Shown: piece after piece, positions 9,795 through 19,901 of the stretch
Numbering within the stretch: position 1 is the first letter of the stretch
How the letters are laid out: each line of letters starts with the position of its first letter
DNA from: a virus
Taxonomy: Duplodnaviria; Caudoviricetes
IMG/VR virus record: IMGVR_UViG_3300020718_000009
Coordinates: 39,299-103,298 of that record
Strand: one strand, 5' to 3'
DNA: 64,000 nt
Position numbers and translations under genes: made by a program
The notes under the pieces: model-generated
The model's database searches: none
What the model was told of the DNA's origin: nothing
Seen by the model: the letters and a program-made list of their open reading frames with translations, nothing else

Positions 9795-10288
9795 ACTATA
9801 CAGCCGAATTTAAACATATACTTCGCGAAGAATTTGGTACGCTAACAAATAATCTTATTTGGAAAAACGACAATGGCGATTATGAAGTATTTGATCACTA
9901 TTTAATTGTCATTGAAAAAAAAGGCTACCGCGTATATTGTTCGGCCACTGACGTAGGACTTTTTAACAGCACTAAATCAGCTCTTAGTTGGTGTATTGCA
10001 GACAAATATAAACACTTTAATTTAGCAAGAGATATATTAACATTAGATAACAAATTAACTTCATTAATTAATGATATAGCAATTCGTGCTAATTTAGCAG
10101 ACAGCAGTAAAAATCCTGTATTTCGCGAAACTATAGAAATCAAGCTAGAAACCAAGATTATACGCAAAAAACAAGTAGAACAGGAATTAACCAAATGTGT
10201 CAATTACGCTAAATACTGTCAACAACGAGGATTTAATAATGAAACTATTCGAACTGGCCGCCCAACAGCCGTCAAAAAAAGCCGCTAA
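9791..10288 (+). CDS. Hypothetical protein
   Basis: 165-aa ATGA-coupled ORF. Confidence 0.65.
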   Translation: MNYTAEFKHILREEFGTLTNNLIWKNDNGDYEVFDHYLIVIEKKGYRVYCSATDVGLFNSTKSALSWCIADKYKHFNLARDILTLDNKLTSLINDIAIRANLADSSKNPVFRETIEIKLETKIIRKKQVEQELTKCVNYAKYCQQRGFNNETIRTGRPTAVKKSR

Positions 10289-11174
10289 GGTATTCGAGAG
10301 CTATTTCGGTGATAGCATCAATGTTGATGTAATTTCACCAAAACAAGCCCGTATAATGTTGAGTAAAATAAACAAACTAGTAAACGAGCATCGTCAAACT
10401 ATAGAATTTCATCACAGTGAAAAGAATCCAACTTATCTTAAATTAATGATGATGGAACGTGTTTTATCCGCTAAAGTTAAAGAAACAGCCAGTGTTCCCG
10501 TTGGTGTAGCAGTAGGCGCTCCCGCCACGGCTGCCCAACAAAATGCACAAATTGCTCCGGTTAATCCTACAGTAGCAGCAGGAAATGCAGAAAAAGACCA
10601 ACAACGTCAAGCACAAGTTAATAATATTTCTGATCCTAAATTAAAAGATGCTATGCAAAAAGCCACACAAGGTACTGGATCACCAGACGATCAAAAAATG
10701 ATTGCTCAGGCTGCGCTTCAAACAACAAATGAATCTTTACGTCGACAATTATATAATATTCTTCGTGAATCAGAAGTACAGCAAGCACAAGTTATTCTTG
10801 CGGCACAGGATATGGTAGATAACATACAAAAAATGTTAGAAGAAGTTACAAGTATGCAATTTAAAGATTTGCCAGCACTAGTAGATCAAATTAAAAATCA
10901 AGTAGGTGTTGATCAAGCAATGCAATTTAACACAGATTCAACTAATGCTCTTTCTAGTTTAGTTCAAAGTATTCAAGGCACTAAACAACAAATGGATCAA
11001 GCACTTGGTGTTGTTACAGGTCAAGGAGCTCCCGTTGTACCAGGACAAGATCAAATGGCACCTCAATCGGCGCCTGCTCCCGATGTAGGAGCTCCGGCAC
11101 CTGCTCCACAAGAACCAGAAGCCCCAGAAGCCCCAGAAGGTAGTGGTGCTAATTTAGGTCGTGCTAAGAGATAA
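10239..11174 (+). CDS. Probable prohead core/scaffold-like protein
   Basis: CTAAATA 10209-10215, GAGGA RBS, MKLFEL start, Q/A-rich helices, internal L-x-E sites, Pro/Ala/Glu tail. Confidence 0.45.
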   Translation: MKLFELAAQQPSKKAAKVFESYFGDSINVDVISPKQARIMLSKINKLVNEHRQTIEFHHSEKNPTYLKLMMMERVLSAKVKETASVPVGVAVGAPATAAQQNAQIAPVNPTVAAGNAEKDQQRQAQVNNISDPKLKDAMQKATQGTGSPDDQKMIAQAALQTTNESLRRQLYNILRESEVQQAQVILAAQDMVDNIQKMLEEVTSMQFKDLPALVDQIKNQVGVDQAMQFNTDSTNALSSLVQSIQGTKQQMDQALGVVTGQGAPVVPGQDQMAPQSAPAPDVGAPAPAPQEPEAPEAPEGSGANLGRAKR

Positions 11175-11527
11175 TGTTAATCTTTGAAGTAATAGATTCT
11201 GGTAAAGTTGATTCTACCAAATTATTAGCATTAACTCAGTTTCTTGCTGGCCGTGCCAACGATACTAGTGCCAAAAAACAAATATCAACTTCTGCATTTA
11301 TAACTTTGGCACAAGATTTAGGGGTTAATGTTACCGCAGATTCATTAGGTGATTTAATTGCTAAAGAACCACTAAAAAATGTATTACTACCATACGAACC
11401 AAATTCTGGAGTAGTCAAATTTAAAGGTAATGAGGAGCCAGGCGAAGAACCAATGGATACAGACCAAGCCGAAAAAATAGTAAGTCAAAATGCCAAATCT
11501 GCTTTGAATCGCGGATTATCTAAATAA
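11174..11527 (+). CDS. Late hypothetical protein
   Basis: TAATG-coupled; MLIFEV leader. Confidence 0.65.
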   Translation: MLIFEVIDSGKVDSTKLLALTQFLAGRANDTSAKKQISTSAFITLAQDLGVNVTADSLGDLIAKEPLKNVLLPYEPNSGVVKFKGNEEPGEEPMDTDQAEKIVSQNAKSALNRGLSK

Positions 11528-11550
11528 ATCAATAAACTACAGTATGGCGG

Positions 11551-11579
11551 TTGACAATCAATTCGAAACTAAGTACTAT
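11551..11579 (+). promoter_or_regulatory. sigma70 promoter
   Basis: TTGACA-17-TACTAT. Confidence 0.7.
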
Positions 11580-11608
11580 TAACATAGTAACATAAAAGGA
11601 GTTTCAAA

Positions 11609-11908
11609 ATGAAAAAGATTATTTTATCGTTGTTATTAGTAACATCTGTATTTGGCACCACTCAAGCTAACGCATGGTGTTGTTATCGCGGTGGATATTA
11701 TCATGGTGGATATAATAGTTGGGTAGCCCCGGCAATTGTTGGCGGAGTTGTTGGATACTCATTAGCTCGCCCTTATTATGCCCCGCCCCCAGTTTATGTT
11801 CAACAGCCAGTTTATGTTCAACAACCTGCTCCAGCTGGGTATCATCAAGAAAACATTCTTGATGCTAACTGTAATTGTTATAGAACTGTATGGGTACAAA
11901 ACAATTAA
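11609..11908 (+). CDS. Exported Gly/Tyr/Pro-rich small protein
   Basis: AGGAG RBS; signal peptide MKKIILSLLL...ANA; PVYVQQ tandem repeat. Confidence 0.7.
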   Translation: MKKIILSLLLVTSVFGTTQANAWCCYRGGYYHGGYNSWVAPAIVGGVVGYSLARPYYAPPPVYVQQPVYVQQPAPAGYHQENILDANCNCYRTVWVQNN

Positions 11909-12069
11909 TTTTTGTCAGTTTATTGTTAATTTCAACTTTATCTAATGCCGCGGGCATTGCTAATCTTTTTAATGATTTAATGAAAAAACCAGTGCCAGCA
12001 AATCAAAATACACAACGGCCACAGGCGCCAACTACGCCAAAATCTATACCAACACCGGTGAAAAAATAA
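11890..12069 (+). CDS. Small exported Pro-rich peptide (59 aa, not in ORF track)
   Basis: MGTKQLIFVSLLLISTLSNA signal-like start, then P/Q/T-rich tail. Confidence 0.55.
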   Translation: MGTKQLIFVSLLLISTLSNAAGIANLFNDLMKKPVPANQNTQRPQAPTTPKSIPTPVKK

Positions 12070-12070
12070 T

Positions 12071-12373
12071 ATGCCATATTCAGAAAAAGTATTAGAACCT
12101 TTTTTGCCTGAATACAAAACAAACAGTAAAGTTGGTAAATACAAACCTGATTATTTAAATGAAGAAACAAAGCATATTATCGAGGTTTACGGAGATTATT
12201 GGCATTGTAATCCTACTTTAATGGAGGAACATTCTTATCATCCTCAGTTAAAAATGACAGCGAAAGAAAAACGAGAGTTAGACAAACAACGAATAGATTA
12301 TTTAAAATCACAAGGATATGATGTAACTATTGTGTGGGAAAGTGATTTAAAAAAATTTATAAAAACATTATGA
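12071..12373 (+). CDS. Vsr/DUF559-like endonuclease domain with IscU-like first residues
   Basis: YKPDY...IIEVYGDYWHC...D..R...GY.V..VWESD; starts MPYSEKVL. Confidence 0.7.
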   Translation: MPYSEKVLEPFLPEYKTNSKVGKYKPDYLNEETKHIIEVYGDYWHCNPTLMEEHSYHPQLKMTAKEKRELDKQRIDYLKSQGYDVTIVWESDLKKFIKTL

Positions 12374-12690
12374 TTACAGTAACAGACACTGCCGCTAATA
12401 AAATTAAAAATAATCTTGAACGTCGTGGCAAGGGTATTGCTATTCGCATAGGTGTAAAAACTACAGGCTGTTCAGGGTATGCTTATTTCATGGAATATGT
12501 TGACCAGCTTGATATCGAAGATATATTACTGTCTGATAATAATACTGTAATAGTAACTGATCCAAAATCTATCCCTTTAGTTGCAGGCATTACTGTAGAC
12601 TATGTCCGACAGGGTCTTAATGAAGGTTTTGAATTTAATAATCCCCAGGAAAAAGATCGTTGCGGATGCGGTGAATCATTTCGGATATAG
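12370..12690 (+). CDS. iscA: A-type iron-sulfur cluster carrier IscA/HesB
   Basis: MITVTDTAA, TTGCSGYAY and CGCGESF. Confidence 0.92.
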   Translation: MITVTDTAANKIKNNLERRGKGIAIRIGVKTTGCSGYAYFMEYVDQLDIEDILLSDNNTVIVTDPKSIPLVAGITVDYVRQGLNEGFEFNNPQEKDRCGCGESFRI

Positions 12691-12731
12691 TTAGGTTGCG
12701 GCAATGTTATTGATGTGTTATAATTAATTTA

Positions 12732-13451
12732 ATGTACATTCCAAAATTTGACTATAAAGATTTATCACGAACCACTGATGAAAACGGTAAAAGACTTTAT
12801 CAAACCCCGGATGGTCGCCGAGTTCCATCAGTAACTACAATTCTTTCCGCCACACAACCCGAAGAAAAAAAACAAGCACTGCAAAACTGGCGCAAAGCAG
12901 TTGGGGTAGAGCGAGCACAAGCTATTACTACCGATGCCGCAAATCGTGGTACTCGAATGCACAAATATTTAGAAGATTATATTAAAAATAATATTTTAAG
13001 CGAGCGCGGATCTAACCCTTATAGTTTTGCCTCCCATGCCATGGCACAAACCGTTATTGAAGACGGGCTCAAAAATGTCAACGAAATATGGGGAGTGGAA
13101 ATTCCTTTATATTTCCCTCAAATGTATGCTGGAACAACTGACGGATGCGGATTGCATTTAAATGATGAAAGTATTTTAGATTACAAACAAACAAATAAAC
13201 CCAAACGCGAAGAGTGGATTGAGGATTATTATTTGCAACTAGTAGCATACGCACTAGCACACAATGAGGTTTACGGAACTAAAATCCGTAAAGGTGTAGT
13301 TTTAATGTGCGTAAAACCCCCAGTTGATCCCGTTACCATGGAACCACTAGAGCGCCCTAAATATCAAGAATTTATATTAAAACCTGAAGATTTTGACTAC
13401 TGGGAACAGCAGTGGTGGAAACGATTAGAGCTCTACTATACAATTAGCTAA
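12732..13451 (+). CDS. PD-(D/E)XK exonuclease (MGME1/exonuclease-like)
   Basis: PSVTTIL, RGTRMH, YAGTTD, DYKQ and QLVAY. Confidence 0.8.
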   Translation: MYIPKFDYKDLSRTTDENGKRLYQTPDGRRVPSVTTILSATQPEEKKQALQNWRKAVGVERAQAITTDAANRGTRMHKYLEDYIKNNILSERGSNPYSFASHAMAQTVIEDGLKNVNEIWGVEIPLYFPQMYAGTTDGCGLHLNDESILDYKQTNKPKREEWIEDYYLQLVAYALAHNEVYGTKIRKGVVLMCVKPPVDPVTMEPLERPKYQEFILKPEDFDYWEQQWWKRLELYYTIS

Positions 13452-13475
13452 ATACTAGATAAAAGGAATATCAAA

Positions 13476-15077
13476 ATGGCAATAGTGCAAATTAGTCAAA
13501 TTAGTAACCGTTTAGGGTTAAACATAGATTTGCCCCAACTAGCGGGCGGAGAATTAGGCTGGTCAACAGATACACGTCAACTTTACATTGGTAACGGCAC
13601 ACTAGAGGAAGGCGCTCCGGTTATTGGAAATACTGAAATTTTAACAGAATTTTCAGATATATTAAATTTAGCCGCAGCCTATACCTACAAAGGTACGGCC
13701 GCTGGTTACACCGTACAAACTGGTCCTACCCCTGGATCCCCAGTAGTATTAAGTTTACAATCTTGGTTGGACCAATTTGCCACGGTCAAAGATTTTGGAG
13801 CAACAGGTAATGGGTTGACTGACGATACAGCCGCCATCAACAGAGCACTTAACCAACTATATTGTCAACAATCAAACCCACAAATCCGCCGTTCATTATT
13901 TTTTCCAGCAGGGGTATATCGTATCAGTGGACCAATTAATATTCCACCTTATGCTACTTTATATGGAGAAGGTCCAGACAATTCTATTATACAAATGGTT
14001 GCCAGCGGTGGATCTGGATCGTATGTAGCACAAACAGCGGATAGCTTACAGCAAACTGGTATTAATATAGGTAACAACGGAGCTACACCTCCAACTGATA
14101 TTAATATAATTAATATGGCTTTTCAAAGTCTTGATAATAGTAAAAATATTTTCCTAGTACAGTCAGCTACCGATTGCGAATTCCACGGTGTGAGTTTTAT
14201 TGGAGCCGGCACTACAAGTACATTAACTGTGGATACTTTGGGCACTAGCGGTGTTAATTTTGGTAGTTTTGGAATTTCATTGGTCACTACTAATATTTTA
14301 TTTGATGGTTGTAGATTTGGCGGAACTGTTTACGGAATTAATACAAGCCAACAAATCAAAGGTGTGGCAGTTAATAATTCTAGTTTTAATATTTTATATC
14401 AAGGCATAGCATTGGGAACCGGATCAATCGTTAATGGCGGTCCGACTGGCACACGCATTACAAATAATGTTTTTGATAACATTTATAGTTATGGAATTAT
14501 ATTTGGTGCGATTAGTCTTAACGCAACTGGTTATAATATTTTTTATGATGTAGCAGATCACTTCCAAGGTGTTTCTAATCCAGCATTGCCAATAATTTCA
14601 TTCGGCGGAGACAACAATGCTAGTATCGGTGATATGTTCCAACGCTCAGATAGTTATGCGGTTGGTCATCCTAGAATTTATATCGGTGAAACTCTTAGTA
14701 TTGCTACAACTAACGGTAGTCAATTGCAATTAGGAACAAAAACCGTACAATCTGGATCAAGTGTTATATTACTTGACGGCGAAGCCAGCCCAACAACAGC
14801 ATTTACAGTACCTATCAATGCTACCGCCACAAGTTTTAAAATTGATTACTCAATAACACGCAGTGGCGATTTTCGAACTGGGACATTTTGGGTAGCCAGT
14901 ACCGGTGGAGAAATTTTTAATTACATGGATGATTATACTGAAAACATACCAAACGGCGGCAATAATATTACATTGAGTGCTAGTCAGTCTGGAACAAATG
15001 TGTTTATTCAATATACATCAACCCCATCTACAAGCGTAGATGCTCAAATGAGTTATTCTATTTCTTATCTTAATTAA
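13476..15077 (+). CDS. Tail/baseplate protein with Mtd-N-like start and pectate-lyase-3 beta helix
   Basis: LAGGELGWSTDTRQLYIGNG; VKDFGATGNGLTDDTAAINRAL; FFPAGVY; late box 13448-13454. Confidence 0.75.
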   Translation: MAIVQISQISNRLGLNIDLPQLAGGELGWSTDTRQLYIGNGTLEEGAPVIGNTEILTEFSDILNLAAAYTYKGTAAGYTVQTGPTPGSPVVLSLQSWLDQFATVKDFGATGNGLTDDTAAINRALNQLYCQQSNPQIRRSLFFPAGVYRISGPINIPPYATLYGEGPDNSIIQMVASGGSGSYVAQTADSLQQTGINIGNNGATPPTDINIINMAFQSLDNSKNIFLVQSATDCEFHGVSFIGAGTTSTLTVDTLGTSGVNFGSFGISLVTTNILFDGCRFGGTVYGINTSQQIKGVAVNNSSFNILYQGIALGTGSIVNGGPTGTRITNNVFDNIYSYGIIFGAISLNATGYNIFYDVADHFQGVSNPALPIISFGGDNNASIGDMFQRSDSYAVGHPRIYIGETLSIATTNGSQLQLGTKTVQSGSSVILLDGEASPTTAFTVPINATATSFKIDYSITRSGDFRTGTFWVASTGGEIFNYMDDYTENIPNGGNNITLSASQSGTNVFIQYTSTPSTSVDAQMSYSISYLN

Positions 15078-15490
15078 TGTGGCATACTGATTTTGCTGAT
15101 AGGTTAGAAGCCTGGGCAATATTACGGGAAAAGGCACAATCTTTACCTTTGGACGAGGCTCTCCAAATAATCAATGATTGGTGGTTTAATTCTCCCTGGA
15201 AATCTTATTATTTGCACTGGGATGACAAACCCACTTGGCCTGATCCCTGGCAACTTTTGAATGATAATATTTTTTGTGAACTTGCTCGCGGGCTCGGAAT
15301 CCTGTATACTATAACTTTATTGGAACATAAAGATTTGAAGTCAGCAAAGCTGGTTTTGACTGAGGACGATCGTAATTTAGTCTTAGTTAACAAAGAAAAA
15401 TATACACTTAATTGGGATCACAAAGTTATAGTAAATACTCCACTAAGCAGTAAAATTAAAAGAAGTTTTATCCACGAACAAATAAAATAG
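15077..15490 (+). CDS. Hypothetical protein (weak transglutaminase-like resemblance)
   Basis: Coupled ORF; WPDPWQLL...FCELA. Confidence 0.6.
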   Translation: MWHTDFADRLEAWAILREKAQSLPLDEALQIINDWWFNSPWKSYYLHWDDKPTWPDPWQLLNDNIFCELARGLGILYTITLLEHKDLKSAKLVLTEDDRNLVLVNKEKYTLNWDHKVIVNTPLSSKIKRSFIHEQIK

Positions 15491-15526
15491 TAGCATAAGT
15501 AGTATACACAATTAAATGAGAGTTGA

Positions 15527-17851
15527 ATGACGCAAATTACAGTTGTAAAAAGAAGCGGAGCAAAAGAACCGCTCCACATTGAAAAGTGGCAAACACAGGT
15601 AGCTAAAATTTGTCAAGGTATTGCCGATGTTAGCCAGTCAATGGTGGAAATCAAAGCACAATTACATTTTTATGATGGTATTACTACGCAAGAAATTGAC
15701 GGTATTACTTTAAGAGCTATTGTTGATCTTATTGATATAGAGTCTAATCCGGATGTAGGGCATACCAATTATCAATATGTTGCTGGAAAACAACGTCTAT
15801 CGATGTTGCGTAAAGATGTATATGGAAGTTACGAAGTACCGCACCTATATGAAATTGTAAAGAAAAATGTAGACACAGGTCTTTACACCGCAGAGCTTCT
15901 TGAGTGGTACTCAGAAGACGACTGGAACCGCATGAATGACATGCTGGATCATGATAAAGATGAAGGATATAGTTATGCCGCAATTGAACAACTTATTGAG
16001 AAATATCTCGTACGCAATCGCGCCACGAAAGAGATCTATGAGACGCCACAGATTAGATATATTATTGCGGCCGCCACTGTGTTCCATAAAGAAGAACCTA
16101 ACTCGGTCCGTATGCGTCTTATTAAAGAATATTATAACTGTGCATCCGATGGCTTGTTCACTCTTGCTACCCCTGTCCTTGCTGGGCTTGGGACTCCTAC
16201 TAAACAGTTCAGTAGTTGTGTGCTTATCCGTAGCGATGACAACCTTGATAGTATTTTCGCATCTGGAGAGATGATGGCCAAGTATGCCGCAAAACGAGCC
16301 GGTATCGGATTAGAAATTGGTCGATTGAGGCCGTTAGGAGCACCTATACGTGGCGGGGAAGTTATGCATACTGGCATGATACCTTTCCTTAAAAAATGGT
16401 TTGGTGACTTGCGTAGTTGCTCACAAGGAGGAATTAGAAATGCTTCTGCTACTGTGTTTTATCCAATTTGGCATTATCAGTTTGACGATCTTATTGTTCT
16501 CAAGAACAATCAAGGGACCGAAGAAACACGAGTTCGCTTCATGGATTACGGAGTGGTTCTATCCGCCTTCTTCTGGCGTCGCTTCAAAAACAAAGAACAA
16601 ATAACATTCTTTGATCCCAACGAAGTGCCTGATTTGTATGAAGCGTTTTATAAAAATACTGTTTTGTTTGAAGAACTATATGTTAAATACGAAAAACGTA
16701 AAGACTTACGTAAGAAGCAAATGGCCGCCGAAGATGTATTCAAAGGTGGAATACTAAAGGAGAGAACTGATACCGGCAGAATTTATCTTGTGTTCATTGA
16801 TAATGTTATGAACCAAGGTCCATTTGACCCAGCAGTTCATACCATTTATCAGTCAAACCTCTGTATGGAAATTCTTTTGCCGACTAAGAGCTTCAAACGT
16901 CTGGATGACGAAGAAGGCCGAATCAGTTTATGTACGCTCGGCTCAATGAATTGGGGTGCGTTCCGCAATCCGGAAGATATGCGTAGAGCAAGCAAACTAT
17001 TATTAAGGTCACTTAATAACATTCTTGATTATCAAGACTTCTTGAGTATTCAAAGTAAGTTAAGCAATGACGAGATTTGTCCTATTGGTATTGGTATTAC
17101 TAACTTGGCATATTGGCACGCTAAACGCGGAATGAAATACGGAACTCCAGAAGCGTTAGCTGAAGTTAAGTCTTGGATGGAGCATCAAGCGTTCTATCTC
17201 ACCGAAGCAACTGTAGAATTGGCTAAAGAGCGTGGTGCCTGCTTACATTCAGAAAAAACACGATATGGTCAAGGAATATTCCCGTGGGAATTAAGAGCCG
17301 CTGGGGTAAACGAACTTACAAACTTTGCTCCTGAATTAGACTGGGAAACCTTGCGTGAGCAAATGAAACAGTACGGCGTCCGTAATGCTACAGTAATGGC
17401 TGTAGCACCTGTAGAATCAAGTAGTGTAGTAATTAACTCAACTAACGGCATTGAAATGCCTATGAGCCTTATTACAGTTAAAGAGTCAAAAGCAGGATCG
17501 CTCATCCAAGTAGCACCGGAATACAATAAGTTAAAAGCAAAATATCAACTTATGTGGGATCAAAAAGACTGTATCGAATACCTTAAGACAGCCGCTGTTA
17601 TCGCGGCATACACCGATCAAAGCATAAGTACTAATACATTCTATTCGCCGCGACACTTTGCTGATCGTAAAGTACCATCAACACTTATTGCTAAGAATTT
17701 AATGTTAGCTCATAAGTTCGGGTTAAAATCGATATACTATAGCTTAATCGAAAAAACTGGAAGTAAAGGGCAAGATGAACCAGCTGACACAAAGTTAGAA
17801 GTAATAGACTTTGATGATGACGAAGAAGGCTGCGAAAGTTGTAAACTTTAA
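15527..17851 (+). CDS. nrdA: Ribonucleotide reductase class Ia alpha subunit
   Basis: ATP-cone VVKRSG; QFSSC; SQGGIR; SNLCME; APVESSS; C-terminal CESCKL. Confidence 0.97.
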   Translation: MTQITVVKRSGAKEPLHIEKWQTQVAKICQGIADVSQSMVEIKAQLHFYDGITTQEIDGITLRAIVDLIDIESNPDVGHTNYQYVAGKQRLSMLRKDVYGSYEVPHLYEIVKKNVDTGLYTAELLEWYSEDDWNRMNDMLDHDKDEGYSYAAIEQLIEKYLVRNRATKEIYETPQIRYIIAAATVFHKEEPNSVRMRLIKEYYNCASDGLFTLATPVLAGLGTPTKQFSSCVLIRSDDNLDSIFASGEMMAKYAAKRAGIGLEIGRLRPLGAPIRGGEVMHTGMIPFLKKWFGDLRSCSQGGIRNASATVFYPIWHYQFDDLIVLKNNQGTEETRVRFMDYGVVLSAFFWRRFKNKEQITFFDPNEVPDLYEAFYKNTVLFEELYVKYEKRKDLRKKQMAAEDVFKGGILKERTDTGRIYLVFIDNVMNQGPFDPAVHTIYQSNLCMEILLPTKSFKRLDDEEGRISLCTLGSMNWGAFRNPEDMRRASKLLLRSLNNILDYQDFLSIQSKLSNDEICPIGIGITNLAYWHAKRGMKYGTPEALAEVKSWMEHQAFYLTEATVELAKERGACLHSEKTRYGQGIFPWELRAAGVNELTNFAPELDWETLREQMKQYGVRNATVMAVAPVESSSVVINSTNGIEMPMSLITVKESKAGSLIQVAPEYNKLKAKYQLMWDQKDCIEYLKTAAVIAAYTDQSISTNTFYSPRHFADRKVPSTLIAKNLMLAHKFGLKSIYYSLIEKTGSKGQDEPADTKLEVIDFDDDEEGCESCKL

Positions 17852-17872
17852 GAAAGTATGTTACAATAGAGT

Positions 17873-18568
17873 ATGGATTATCAACAGATTTACAATAACT
17901 TAATAGATCGTGCTACACGCAGGGTTAGTGAAGGCTATGTTGAAAAACATCACATAGTTCCTCGCTGTCTTGGCGGAACTGACGCTAAAGAAAACATTGT
18001 AAATCTTTATCCTGAAGAACATTACCTTGCTCACTTGCTGTTATGTAAAATAAACAAAGGTAACTCAAAATTATTGTATGCCGCAATGAATATGACTTCG
18101 GGATCTATGATTAATAACGGCAAGCGAAATAATAAAGCATACGGCTGGCTTCGTAGACAATACGCAGAATCTATGTCAGGAGATAACAATCCTAACAGAC
18201 GCACCCCCGAAATACAAAAGAAAGCTGCACTAAAACGAGTAGGACAAAAACGCACGGAAGAAACTAAAGCAAGAATGTCAGCGGCACAAAAAGGTAGAAG
18301 TGTTAGCGAAGAGACAAAACAAAAAATGTCTATATCAGCAAAGAATAAACCTCCCGTTAGTAAAGAGACTCGAGAAAAACTGTCAGCAAAATCTAAAGGG
18401 CGTGTTGGTCCGTGGGCTGGTAAGAAACAGCCAGCTGATGTTGTTGCTAAACGAGCCGATTCTAACCGCGGTAGAAAAGATAGCGACGAAGTTCGATTAA
18501 AAAAATCCGCCGCGGCAAAAATGAGAGAATCCATTAAAAGACAACAGAGAGAATTACTCGAGTCATAG
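17873..18568 (+). CDS. HNH homing endonuclease with NUMOD3 repeats
   Basis: EKHHIVPRCLGG...NIVNLYPEEHYLAHLLL; SEETK.KMS repeats. Confidence 0.88.
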   Translation: MDYQQIYNNLIDRATRRVSEGYVEKHHIVPRCLGGTDAKENIVNLYPEEHYLAHLLLCKINKGNSKLLYAAMNMTSGSMINNGKRNNKAYGWLRRQYAESMSGDNNPNRRTPEIQKKAALKRVGQKRTEETKARMSAAQKGRSVSEETKQKMSISAKNKPPVSKETREKLSAKSKGRVGPWAGKKQPADVVAKRADSNRGRKDSDEVRLKKSAAAKMRESIKRQQRELLES

Positions 18569-18674
18569 ATGGGCAACAGACGGTGTTAAGAATGTTAAAC
18601 TTAATGCTGAAGATTTAGATAAGTTCTTGAAAGAGAACAGAACATACAAACAAGGAAGAACAATATAAAGGAAA

Positions 18675-19901
18675 ATGATGAAGAAGCGTAATTACACAAA
18701 GGAAGATGTAACAAAGTTACAAGGTAGTCTAAAAATTGAATACACATTGGCTCGTCGTGGGGCAACCAAACTCCGCGAATTATTGGCAACAGAACCATTT
18801 GTGCCTACCTTAGGCGCATACAATGGACAGCAAGCGGTACAACACGCTAAAGCAGGATTAAAAGCAATTTACTTGTCAGGTTGGCAAGTAGCGGCAGCTG
18901 CGAACGTATCGGGTCGTGTTTACCCTGACCAATCATTGTATCCAGTAAACTCAGTGCCAGAAGTTGTTCGAGCAATTAACAACGCACTTCGTCGTGCTGA
19001 TCAAATTCAAACACTAGAAAGAACCAGTGACGATGAACCACAGATGGATTACTACTTGCCAATTATCGCTGATTGTGAAGCAGGCTTTGGCGGTGCTCTC
19101 AACGCCTACGAATTAACATTGAGTTGTATTGAGGCCGGTGCGGCTGCTGTTCACTTTGAAGATCAACTGAGCTCGGAAAAGAAGTGTGGACACCTGGGTG
19201 GCAAGGTACTGATTCCAATCCGGCAAGCCATTCGCAACCTAAATGCCGCTCGTCTTGCTGCGGATGTAGCAGAAGTAGATACAGTTATTCTCGCTCGTAC
19301 AGATGCAGAGAGTGGAACACTTATTACTACAGATATAGATCCTTTGGATCAACCATTTATTGATTATTCCAAGGAACGTACACCCGAAGGTTTTTATCAC
19401 TTTAAAAATGGATTAGGTGCGTGCATTGCTCGTGGCCTTGCTTATGCCGAGTACGCAGACTTACTATGGTTTGAAACATCAACTCCGGATCTGGCACAGG
19501 CACAGGCATTTGCTGATGCTATTCACGAAAAGTTTCCTGATCAACAGTTAGCATACAACTGCTCACCCAGCTTTAACTGGCGCAAGTATTTGACAGAAGA
19601 ACAATGTGAAAGTTTCCAATCAGAGATTGGTAAAATGGGTTACAAATATCAATTCATCACCCTTGCTGGTTTCCATTGCAACAACCTTGCTACGTTTGAA
19701 ATGGCCGAAGCATATCAGAAAACAGGCATGCGTGGTTATTCAGATATGCAACAGCGTGAGTTCGCCGCACAAGAGCGTGGCTTTACTACAGTTAAACATC
19801 AGCGTGAAGCAGGTGTTCCATACTTTGATGCTATTGCTACAGCAGTTGGCGCCACAAGCACCACGGCCTTAGAACACTCAACAGAAGCGGACCAGTTCTA
19901 A
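18675..19901 (+). CDS. aceA: Isocitrate lyase
   Basis: [22 protein letters not shown], catalytic [29 protein letters not shown]-terminal HSTEADQF. Confidence 0.97.
   Translation: MMKKRNYTKEDVTKLQGSLKIEYTLARRGATKLRELLATEPFVPTLGAYNGQQAVQHAKAGLKAIYLSGWQVAAAANVSGRVYPDQSLYPVNSVPEVVRAINNALRRADQIQTLERTSDDEPQMDYYLPIIADCEAGFGGALNAYELTLSCIEAGAAAVHFEDQLSSEKKCGHLGGKVLIPIRQAIRNLNAARLAADVAEVDTVILARTDAESGTLITTDIDPLDQPFIDYSKERTPEGFYHFKNGLGACIARGLAYAEYADLLWFETSTPDLAQAQAFADAIHEKFPDQQLAYNCSPSFNWRKYLTEEQCESFQSEIGKMGYKYQFITLAGFHCNNLATFEMAEAYQKTGMRGYSDMQQREFAAQERGFTTVKHQREAGVPYFDAIATAVGATSTTALEHSTEADQF

Noticed and set aside
12732-13451. Cas4 / CRISPR adaptation gene
   Set aside because: PD-(D/E)XK exonuclease without the four-Cys Fe-S pattern or any CRISPR context
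13476-15077. Diversity-generating retroelement target (Mtd-like N-terminus)
   Set aside because: No reverse transcriptase and no template/variable repeat pair seen in the window
18031-18576. 181-aa minus-strand ORF and the other antisense or nested ORFs in the track (e.g. 4039, 5003, 6546, 23481, 28702, 40008, 62969)
   Set aside because: They are shadows of well-supported genes on the other strand or frame, with no RBS or recognisable motifs
17852-18674. Group I intron or intein splitting nrdA
   Set aside because: nrdA is complete to its C-terminal CxxC and stop; the HNH gene is free-standing
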